Translations under genes and position numbers: made by a program
Part shown: one piece after another, positions 1 to 6,826 of the stretch
Position numbering within the stretch: position 1 is the stretch's first letter
How the letters are laid out: each line of letters opens with the position of its first letter
Notes under the pieces: model-generated
The model's input: only the letters and a program-made list of their open reading frames with translations
What the model was told of the DNA's origin: nothing
The model's database searches: none
Assembly (NCBI GenBank): GCA_963724375.1
Contig: CAVRUM010000001.1
Coordinates: forward strand, 1,251 to 65,250
Reading direction: 5' to 3'
Length of the DNA: 64,000 nucleotides
DNA from: an uncultured Acidobacteriaceae bacterium
Lineage (GTDB): Bacteria; Acidobacteriota; Terriglobia; Terriglobales; Acidobacteriaceae

Positions 1-1
1 C

Positions 2-1840
2 GCGCCTTCACCCGCACAGACCGAGAACCGCAGCAATCACGACTACCTGGTAATCGGACGCCTGCGGCCGGGGGTGACCGTGGCCCAGGCGCAGGCTGAG
101 ATTCGCGGCATCGCGAGCCGGGAGGCCAAGGCGTATCCGGCGACCAATGAGGGCCGGACGGTCAAGGTGGAGCGGCTGATCGACAACATCAACGGCGACT
201 ATACGCCGCTTTATTTCCGGCTGGTGCTCGGTGCGACGCTGTTCGTGCTACTGATCGTGTGCGCCAACATTGCCAACCTGCAGTTCGCGCGCGGCATTGC
301 GCGGCGTCCCGAGCTGGCAATGCGGACTGCGCTGGGCGCCGGGCAGGCCCGCCTGCTGCGCCAGTTGCTGACGGAAAATGTCCTGCTGGGCCTGATGGGT
401 ACGGCGGGCGGCATGGTTGTCGCGGCGGTAGTCCTGCGCCTGTCGATCGCGACGATGCCCGAGCGGGTGGCGCGCTTTATGTCCGGGTGGGCGAACATCT
501 CGTTGAATGGGCGAGCGCTGGGCTTCTCGCTGCTGCTTGCGGTGGGAGCAGGCGTGGCGTCAGGCCTGCTGCCGGCAATGCAGGCGCTGCGCATCAGCCT
601 GGTGGAGCAGCTTAAGGCAGGGTCGCGCTCGGTGACGGGAGCGGCGCGTTCGCATGTGCTCCGGAACGTGTTCACCGTGGCGCAGATATCGCTGGCCATC
701 ACGCTGGTGGTGGGCGCCGCGCTCATGTGCAAGGGCATGCTGTCACTGCTTCACTTTGCCGATAAGTACGGTCCGAAGCAGGCGCTGACGTTCAACGTCT
801 ACCTCTCACCAGCGCGGTTTACCACGGCGGAGAAGCAAGTGCGCTGGTATGAAGACAGCCTAGACAAACTGCGGTCAATTCCTGGGGCCGCCCATGCCGA
901 AGTGACCACGGCGCTTCCCTGGGGCAACGGAGCCTGGGTGGATGACTTTCGTGTCGAGAACCGGGCGGTGGTTCCAGGCAAGATCCAGACGGCGCAGCGG
1001 GTGACGGTCAGCGGCGGCTATTTTGCGGCGCTGCATATCCCCATACTCTCGGGGCGCACGTTCAATTCGAGCGACGGAATCAACACGCAGCCAACGGCGA
1101 TCATCAGCCGCGGGTTCGCGGAACGATATTTCCCCGGAGAAAATCCGCTCGGGCGGCGTATCCAGATGGGATCGGGGCGTGCCGACGTGCAGGATCCATG
1201 GGTACACATCGTGGGCATCGCGAGCGATGTGACCTATCTGTGGATCGACCGGGAGACGGTACCCACGGTGTATCTGAACGTGGTGCAGATGCCTCCCGCG
1301 GAGGGTGCGAGCTATATCGTGACGTCAGATGGCAATCCGCTGGCCCTGGCGCCGGCGGCACGCAAGGCGCTCGCGGCGGTGGATTCCGCGGTACCGCTCG
1401 ATGCCATGCAGACCTACGAGCAATATCTGCGTGAGGCGTTTACCGGGCTCATGAACGTCGTGGCCTACCTCGGGGTCGATGCCCTGCTCGCGCTGCTGCT
1501 CGCCGCGATCGGGATCTTCGCGGTGATGGCCAACCTGGTGGCGGAACGCAACCGCGAGATCGGCGTGCGGCTGACACTTGGAGCACGGCGCGAAGATATC
1601 CTGCAGATGATTTTGCGGAGGGCTGCATTGCTGACCGGCGCGGGGGTCGCGCTTGGGATTGCGCTAGCCGCCGGCCTGGCGCGCATGGTGGCGAGCCTGA
1701 TCTTTGGCGTGAGCCCGGGCGATCCGGTGGTATTTGTAACTACCGTAGCTTCAATTATCGGCGTCGGGTTTCTCGCAAGCTGGGTGCCGGCGCGGCGCGC
1801 GGCTTCGGTCGATCCGGCGCAGTCTCTGCGGGCGGAGTAA
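2..1840 (+). CDS. ADOP/MacB-like ABC transporter permease (FtsX family), 5' end cut by window edge
   Basis: The frame is open from nt 2 (NRSNHDYLVIGRLRPGVTVAQAQAEI precedes the listed Met at 74), so the gene starts upstream of the window. It has a MacB-type periplasmic core followed by a C-terminal FtsX 4-TM block (ERNREIGVRLTLGARREDILQMIL ... VDPAQSLRAE terminus). Confidence 0.8.
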   Translation, partial: APSPAQTENRSNHDYLVIGRLRPGVTVAQAQAEIRGIASREAKAYPATNEGRTVKVERLIDNINGDYTPLYFRLVLGATLFVLLIVCANIANLQFARGIARRPELAMRTALGAGQARLLRQLLTENVLLGLMGTAGGMVVAAVVLRLSIATMPERVARFMSGWANISLNGRALGFSLLLAVGAGVASGLLPAMQALRISLVEQLKAGSRSVTGAARSHVLRNVFTVAQISLAITLVVGAALMCKGMLSLLHFADKYGPKQALTFNVYLSPARFTTAEKQVRWYEDSLDKLRSIPGAAHAEVTTALPWGNGAWVDDFRVENRAVVPGKIQTAQRVTVSGGYFAALHIPILSGRTFNSSDGINTQPTAIISRGFAERYFPGENPLGRRIQMGSGRADVQDPWVHIVGIASDVTYLWIDRETVPTVYLNVVQMPPAEGASYIVTSDGNPLALAPAARKALAAVDSAVPLDAMQTYEQYLREAFTGLMNVVAYLGVDALLALLLAAIGIFAVMANLVAERNREIGVRLTLGARREDILQMILRRAALLTGAGVALGIALAAGLARMVASLIFGVSPGDPVVFVTTVASIIGVGFLASWVPARRAASVDPAQSLRAE

Positions 1841-1880
1841 GGCGACATTATGCCGGGAACGCAGAGGGACGTCGATTATC

Positions 1881-1922
1881 TACGAAGATCTTCGTTGACA
1901 CCTACGAACTGTTTCGTATACA
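1881..1922 (+). promoter_or_regulatory. sigma70-like promoter with two TACGAA-N4-TTCGTA operator dyads upstream of the BlaI-family gene
   Basis: Dyad 1 is TACGAAGATCTTCGT (1881-1895). Dyad 2 is TACGAACTGTTTCGTA (1903-1918). TTGACA sits at 1895-1900, followed by a 16-nt spacer and TATACA at 1917-1922. The ATG at 1931 lies only 8 nt after the -10 box. Confidence 0.55.
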
Positions 1923-1930
1923 TTCACACC

Positions 1931-2323
1931 ATGAAGGAAATACCGGAACATCTGCCAAAACCGACTGAGGCCGAACTCGAGCTTCTGACGGTGCTGTGGG
2001 AAAAAGGCGAGGCCTCGGTGCGCGAGCTGCACGAGGTGGTGAGCCGCGAGCGCGCAATTGGATATACGTCGGTACTGAAGACTCTACAGATCATGACCGA
2101 GAAGGGGCTGGTCGAGCGCGAAGAGGCAGGCAAGGCGCATATCTATCGCGCCGCGGCGAGCCAGGAAGAGACGCAAAATCAGCTTCTGCGCGACCTGAGC
2201 GCGCGGCTTTTCTCGGGCTCGGCGGCGCAGCTGGCAATGCACGCGTTGAGCATGGAGCCGGCGAGCGAAGAAGAGCTTGAAGAGATCCGACGGCTGATCC
2301 GCAAGAAGAGGGAAAAGCAATGA
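1931..2323 (+). CDS. BlaI/MecI/CopY family transcriptional repressor
   Basis: Winged-helix N-terminus: PKPTEAELELLTVLWEKGEASVRELHEVV...GYTSVLKTLQIMTEKGLVER. About 130 aa from the internal ATG at 1931; the ORF-track Met at 1850 adds a non-native-looking leader. It overlaps the downstream M56 gene by 4 nt (ATGA). Confidence 0.85.
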   Translation: MKEIPEHLPKPTEAELELLTVLWEKGEASVRELHEVVSRERAIGYTSVLKTLQIMTEKGLVEREEAGKAHIYRAAASQEETQNQLLRDLSARLFSGSAAQLAMHALSMEPASEEELEEIRRLIRKKREKQ

Positions 2324-4257
2324 GCTACGGAATGGAAGCGATTGGGTGGACGCTGATTCATTTCTGCTGGCAGGCAGCGGCGATCGCGCTGTTGTACCGG
2401 CTCGCAGATGCGGCTTTGAGCAGATCGCGCAGCCATGTCCGCTATGCGGTGGCACTGGCAGCGCTGCTGACCATGCTGACTGCAGCCGTGGCGACCTTCG
2501 TGTACGAGGCGGCCGAAGTTGCGCACGAACGCGCCGCCAGGGCCGTGCCAACGACGGTCGAGCAGGCAGCCATGCTCCGCGGCTCCGCGGTTCCCGCGGC
2601 GTCGGCGGGTGCTGCGCCCACGCTGAGTTCGCTTGACCCGGGCGTGCCGATCCTGGCTGCCTTTCATGAAGCCGTCGAGGCCCGCGTTCAGGGCGCGATG
2701 CCATGGCTGGACGGGATATGGCTGCTGGGTGTGCTGTGCCTTTCGGCGCGAACGATCGGGGGATGGTGGCTGATCCAGCGGCTGCGGCGGTCCAGCCTGG
2801 CTGGCGTGCCCGCGGAGGTTCGCGCCAGCTTTGAGCGGCTGGCAAGACGCATCGGCATTGAGCGGGCGGTCGATCTCCGAATCAATGAGCGGATTTCGGG
2901 ACCGCTGGCCATGGGAGTGCTGAAGTCTGTCGTGCTGCTGCCTGCGTCCGCACTGACGGCGTTGAGCCCGGAACAGCTTGAAGTTGTGCTTGCGCATGAA
3001 CTGGCGCATATCCGGAGAGCCGATTACCTCTGGAATATTCTGCAGACAATGATCGAGACGTTGTTCTTCTTCCATCCGGCGGTGTGGTGGGTGAGCGGCA
3101 ACCTTCGGCGGCAGCGCGAGCTGTGCTGTGACGATGCGGCGCTGGAGTGCTGCGCCGATCCGCTGACGTATGCCACGGCGCTGCTGCGGCTCGAGGAGGA
3201 ACGCAGCTCGAGGCTCCGCCTGGCGATGGCTCTTGATGGTCACGAGCGCGGCGGCCTACGCACGCGCATCGCCCGGATTCTTGGGGAGACGCCCGAGGTG
3301 AGCCGCGATGTGGTGCCGTTTTCGCTGATCGGAGCCTGCGCGATGCTGGGGCTGCTGCTTCTGGCCGCGCCGCGCCTGTTTGCGAACCTCAATACCTCGA
3401 TGGCGACGCAGGGTCCGACGCCGCTGCTCGGGTCCACGGTGGCCGTGCCGCAGGAGTCGAAGATTGCCGGCAATCCGAACGCGGATGCTCCGGCGCGTCC
3501 GGCTCCCGCGCCAAAGCCGGCTATAGCGGCCGCGCCGCGTTCTGTGGCAGCCCCTGCTCCCGCGGCCGCGCCAGCGCCAGCGCCCCTGACACTCGTTGTT
3601 GCGTCGCCTGCTCCTGGCGCTGCTCCAGGTCCGGCGCCGGCGGTGCTCACGATGAATCTGGATTCAGTGCCGAACGTGCTTGTTGCCAAGCTCGCTCCGA
3701 TCAAAACGAAGATCCATCTCGTTGTCGACTCTTCCGTCGTCGCGGCGGCACAGGACAGCGGGGCGGCGCAGGCCTCGTCGAAGAGTGACTACATCGACCA
3801 AATGCGGAGCGCAGGATACAACGTTGATCTCGATAAGTACGTGGCCATGAAGATCCAGGGCGTGACTCCCGAGTACGCACGGAGCATGGCGAAGACGGGA
3901 TTCGGCAAGCCGAGCGCGGATGACCTGATCGCGATGAAGGTGCAGGGTGTGGATCCGGGTGAAGTGGCTGAGCTGAAGGCAGCCGGCATTGATGCCAAGA
4001 GCTATAGCGACCTGATCACCTATCGCATCTTCAAGGTCACACCGGAATACGTCGCCGGCATGAAGGCAGCGGGATTCGCGAATCTCGATGCAAAGAAGCT
4101 CGTGGAGATGCGCATTCAGGGTGTAACTCCGGAGTTTGCAAAGGCCACGAAGCAGCAGTGGCCGGATGCGACCGTCGATCAATTGGTGCAGCTCAGGATT
4201 TTCAACATCAACCAGGATTCATCGCTTCCGCAAAGCGGCATGGACTGGAGCCGCTGA
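2320..4257 (+). CDS. BlaR1/MecR1-type M56 peptidase signal transducer with an Ala/Pro-rich linker and a C-terminal 29-aa tandem-repeat domain (3' end apparently frameshifted; ancestral stop likely 4334)
   Basis: N-terminal TM helices and the HEXXH motif LAHELAHIRRADY. A fourth TM (VVPFSLIGACAMLGLLLLAAP) is followed by the linker PAPAPKPAIAAAP... and then repeats from nt 3787. The repeat pattern continues in another frame after nt 4210 (PGFIASAKRHGLEPLTIDKLVRLRISGLIDDE...AK*, stop 4332-4334). Confidence 0.85.
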   Translation: MSYGMEAIGWTLIHFCWQAAAIALLYRLADAALSRSRSHVRYAVALAALLTMLTAAVATFVYEAAEVAHERAARAVPTTVEQAAMLRGSAVPAASAGAAPTLSSLDPGVPILAAFHEAVEARVQGAMPWLDGIWLLGVLCLSARTIGGWWLIQRLRRSSLAGVPAEVRASFERLARRIGIERAVDLRINERISGPLAMGVLKSVVLLPASALTALSPEQLEVVLAHELAHIRRADYLWNILQTMIETLFFFHPAVWWVSGNLRRQRELCCDDAALECCADPLTYATALLRLEEERSSRLRLAMALDGHERGGLRTRIARILGETPEVSRDVVPFSLIGACAMLGLLLLAAPRLFANLNTSMATQGPTPLLGSTVAVPQESKIAGNPNADAPARPAPAPKPAIAAAPRSVAAPAPAAAPAPAPLTLVVASPAPGAAPGPAPAVLTMNLDSVPNVLVAKLAPIKTKIHLVVDSSVVAAAQDSGAAQASSKSDYIDQMRSAGYNVDLDKYVAMKIQGVTPEYARSMAKTGFGKPSADDLIAMKVQGVDPGEVAELKAAGIDAKSYSDLITYRIFKVTPEYVAGMKAAGFANLDAKKLVEMRIQGVTPEFAKATKQQWPDATVDQLVQLRIFNINQDSSLPQSGMDWSR

Positions 4258-4437
4258 CGATTGACAAGCTGGTTCGGCTGAGGATTTCTGGTTTGATCGA
4301 CGATGAGGCTCCGAAGGCGGAGAGTGCGAAATGAACAGCCGCGCGGGCACTCGTTGGCGCGGCGCTTCTCGTGCTCGCTGCGGTATCGCTGCGGGTGAAA
4401 CGAGGGCTGACGACCTCAGCGGCGGTGCCGGATTCGG

Positions 4438-5118
4438 ATGTCGGACAAGTCCGGCAACTTTGAGCTGAAGCTCGAACGTGCCAACTGCAAAGATGGCAAC
4501 GACTGCAACAACAGCCAAATGAATGAGCCACTCTCCGCGTTTACCGGCATCTCTGTCGCGGACCTCGGCCGCGAAGGCGCGCATCTGAATGCGGTACTGA
4601 CCGCCGAGGCGGGAACACTGCGCTGTTCGGGCAGCGTTCACGACGCCGAACTGGTTGGAGCGTTCACCTTCGAGCCGGATAAGGAATTTGTCGGCCGCAT
4701 GCGAGAGATCGGCATCTCCGGCATCGATCCAAACAAACTGGAAGCTTACGCACTCTTCCGCGTCACCCGGGACTGGGTAGTCTCGCTGCAGAAGGCAGGG
4801 GTGAGCGGGATCGATGCCAACAATTTGATCGCGCTTCGCATCTTCGGCGTCGATGCCGATTACGTACACAGCCTGGAGGCTCTTGGATATCCGACACCCA
4901 AGGCCGACAAGCTGATTGCGCTGCGTGTGCAGGGCGTCAACCCGGCGGAGATAAAACAGGTGCAGGCGATGGGGTACCACCCGACGCTCGATGAGCTGGT
5001 CGAGATGCGCATCTTCCATATAACGCCGGACTTCATTGAGCGGATGAAGGCGAAGGGCTTCGACAACCTGACGATTGCCAAGCTGGTGCAGATCCGGATC
5101 TTCAAACTGGCTGAGTAA
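4438..5118 (+). CDS. Stand-alone paralogue of the BlaR1 C-terminal repeat domain (five 29-aa repeats); function unknown
   Basis: Repeats from nt 4684: EFVGRMREIGISGIDPNKLEAYALFRVTRD / WVVSLQKAGVSGIDANNLIALRIFGVDAD / YVHSLEALGYPTPKADKLIALRVQGVNPA / EIKQVQAMGYHPTLDELVEMRIFHITPD / FIERMKAKGFDNLTIAKLVQIRIFKLAE. This is the same motif as the upstream gene. The start is uncertain (see finding on 4195-4445). Confidence 0.7.
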   Translation: MSDKSGNFELKLERANCKDGNDCNNSQMNEPLSAFTGISVADLGREGAHLNAVLTAEAGTLRCSGSVHDAELVGAFTFEPDKEFVGRMREIGISGIDPNKLEAYALFRVTRDWVVSLQKAGVSGIDANNLIALRIFGVDADYVHSLEALGYPTPKADKLIALRVQGVNPAEIKQVQAMGYHPTLDELVEMRIFHITPDFIERMKAKGFDNLTIAKLVQIRIFKLAE

Positions 5119-5138
5119 GCCGCGTCACTCCCCGGTCG

Positions 5139-5687
5139 TTACTCGGCGTCCTGGCTCTGCAGCTTCCACTTCGAAAGCTCATTCCATTGTTCGAGGACCT
5201 CGGGCACAGGAGGCGAGACGGTTCCCGGCGCGACAATGTCGACGATGCGTTGCGGCGCGACGTTGCCATCCTTCGCGCGGAAGAGGCCTTTGACCCAGGC
5301 GATTGCGGCAAGGCCTTCGCGGGAGCGGAAGACCTGCTCCATGTAGAACCACTTGTCATCCCAGCAGACGACGCGCGTGGTGAGCGTGAAGGGCGCCCAG
5401 AGGCCGAGCGAGCGGCGGTAAGTGATGGAGAGAGAGCCGACGAGCGGCGTCCACTTTTCGATGAGCACGGGCGTCAGTATTCCCGTGGCGGCGGTCAGGT
5501 GGACGCGGCCATAGTCCATGAAGCTGAGGTAGCGGGCGTTATTGAGGTGCAGGTTGAAGTCGATGTCCCCGAGGCCTACGCGCATGCGGAGAACATCCTC
5601 GTCGAAGGGGCCGATGCGTGGCAGGGGACGGATCCGGTGCCGAATGGCGAGCGCGGGGATGCGGATGAAGCTGTTGAAGTGGGACAT
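5139..5687 (-). CDS. Hotdog-fold acyl-CoA thioesterase family protein
   Basis: RMRVGLGDIDFNLHLNNARYLSFMDYGRVHL ... SITYRRSL ... VVCWDDKWFYMEQVF is the pattern of 4HBT-type/thioesterase-like superfamily proteins. Confidence 0.65.
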   Translation of the reverse strand: MSHFNSFIRIPALAIRHRIRPLPRIGPFDEDVLRMRVGLGDIDFNLHLNNARYLSFMDYGRVHLTAATGILTPVLIEKWTPLVGSLSITYRRSLGLWAPFTLTTRVVCWDDKWFYMEQVFRSREGLAAIAWVKGLFRAKDGNVAPQRIVDIVAPGTVSPPVPEVLEQWNELSKWKLQSQDAE

Positions 5688-5754
5688 GCGAAAGTCAAAC
5701 GATAGCAGCTACGATTCCAGCTTAACGGGAGGCTCGAGATGTTGGCGTATCCTC

Positions 5755-5793
5755 GACTTGTCGTTGGGGACTTGTCGTGGCGGGACTTGTCGT
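5755..5793. repeat. Three direct copies of GACTTGTCGT (period 14-15 bp) in a divergent intergenic region
   Basis: cGACTTGTCGTtggGGACTTGTCGTggcGGGACTTGTCGTgagg. Copies lie at 5755-5764, 5769-5778 and 5784-5793, between the thioesterase start (5687, minus) and the small ORF at 5842. Confidence 0.8.
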
Positions 5794-5841
5794 GAGGGCT
5801 GGTTTGCGGGGGCGATTCTACTTCGCCGCCAAGGATGATAC

Positions 5842-6024
5842 GTGCGGACACTGAAAGCTTCCCTGTTGGCAAGCGTAGCCGGAACCATAGCATGGGCGCT
5901 GGGTCTCATGCGGGCGATCTGGCCTGCACATCCCATGGTGGCCCTGTTCTTCCTCACGATAGGCGCGACGGTGGCGATTTATTACATCCTGCCGAAGCTA
6001 GAAAAGAAGTCGAACTCAGAGTGA
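5842..6024 (+). CDS. Small hypothetical two-TM membrane protein (60 aa)
   Basis: GTG start preceded by AAGGA. Two hydrophobic helices (LLASVAGTIAWALGLMRAIW, MVALFFLTIGATVAIYYILP). It overlaps the convergent thiE-like stop by 9 nt, which lowers confidence. Confidence 0.4.
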   Translation: MRTLKASLLASVAGTIAWALGLMRAIWPAHPMVALFFLTIGATVAIYYILPKLEKKSNSE

Positions 6025-6639
6025 GCGCAGCTGGCGCCAGTCATCGCCGAGGAAGAGGCGGATGCCCGCGACGCCGGATGCCCCTGCGGCGATGCAGGCT
6101 GGTGCGTTGGCTGTCGTGACGCCTCCGAGTGCGATTACGGGAATGGGATGTGCGGCGAGGCAGGCTTCACTGAGAGTGGAGAGACCTACGCCTGCCTCGG
6201 GTTTGTTGCCCCCGACTTTTTCGAAGACTGGCGCAAAGACGATCAGCGAGACGGAGCCTGCGGCGCTGATCTCTTCAAGCGAATGACAGGCCCGGCTCAC
6301 GATGGCCTCGCGTCCTGTCGTCTGGAATGCTCGTCTCGCTTCATCGGCGGCTTTGGCCGGCGCAGATGAGGGCAGATGCACGCCGTCGGCTTGAGCCTCG
6401 AGGGCGATTTCCTCTGGGCCGTTGACCAGCACGCGAGTGGCGCTGCTCTCTTTGCGTACGGCGGCTACGATGCGGCGCGACAGGGCAAGCAAATCGGAGG
6501 GAGGCAGATCCTTTTCCCTGATCTGAATGTAGTCGACGCCGCCCTGGGCCCAGTGATGGGCGAGGTCGACCAGGGCGGCCTGGCGCTCCGTCTCCTTGCC
6601 CGGCAGCAGAACACGGCTGGTGATGGCGTAAAGCAACAC
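6016..6639 (-). CDS. thiE: Thiamine-phosphate synthase (ThiE/TenI family)
   Basis: TMP-TENI-like motifs: GGVDYIQIREKDL, ADGVHLPS, VIALGGVT. GTG start. No thi neighbours, and I could not see a TPP riboswitch upstream. Confidence 0.6.
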   Translation of the reverse strand: MLLYAITSRVLLPGKETERQAALVDLAHHWAQGGVDYIQIREKDLPPSDLLALSRRIVAAVRKESSATRVLVNGPEEIALEAQADGVHLPSSAPAKAADEARRAFQTTGREAIVSRACHSLEEISAAGSVSLIVFAPVFEKVGGNKPEAGVGLSTLSEACLAAHPIPVIALGGVTTANAPACIAAGASGVAGIRLFLGDDWRQLRSL

Positions 6640-6642
6640 CTT

Positions 6643-6690
6643 TTGACTATAAAGCGCAAAGCGGGTTGACTATAAAAGCCCAAAAGCGGG
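6643..6690. repeat. Tandem direct repeat (23 and 25 bp) TTGACTATAAAGCGCAAAGCGGG / TTGACTATAAAAGCCCAAAAGCGGG
   Basis: Two adjacent copies start at 6643 and 6666, directly upstream of the thiE-like GTG (6639, minus strand). Each copy carries TTGACT on the plus strand and TATAGT on the minus strand. Confidence 0.8.
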
Positions 6691-6724
6691 CGGCTGCAGC
6701 CGCTCGAAATGGGAGGGCCCTCCC
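6690..6724. other. Two perfect 14-bp GC-rich palindromes (GCGGCTGCAGCCGC and GGGAGGGCCCTCCC)
   Basis: Read directly at 6690-6703 and 6711-6724, in the thiE-like/sthA divergent intergenic region. The second is followed by GTTTCGGG. Confidence 0.75.
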
Positions 6725-6826
6725 GTTTCGGGCAGGAAATAACCCGTACAGGTATTCACGCTAGGCTTACACTGACGGGGGTAAGATGGGGCGCGTGGTA
6801 CGGTTGCAGTTGGGTACACGGAGAAT

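Noticed and set aside
2084-3243. Long antisense ORFs (253 aa and 354 aa, minus strand) opposite the BlaI/BlaR1 genes. There are similar cases at 6767..7495, 8371..8961, 13505..14737, 24172..25095, 29539..30651, 39016..40065, 40105..40824, 57709..58317 and 62416..63267.
   Set aside because: Arg/Pro/Gly/His-rich, low-complexity translations that lie entirely opposite genes with clear family signatures. This is the expected stop-codon-poor antisense frame in GC-rich DNA.
3470-3660. A repetitive GC-rich stretch (gcgcc/gctcc/ccggc motifs) that at first looked like a DNA tandem repeat.
   Set aside because: It encodes the Ala/Pro-rich linker of the BlaR1-like protein (PAPAPKPAIAAAPRSVAAPAPAAAPAPAP). 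It is coding low complexity with no regular spacer/repeat structure, and it is not a CRISPR array.
6640-6826. An expected TPP (THI-box) riboswitch upstream of the thiE-like gene.
   Set aside because: I could not find the conserved CUGAGA / ACCUGAUCUGGAUAAUGCCAGCG-type elements on the minus strand. Only promoter-like repeats and palindromes are present. A covariance-model scan is still needed.
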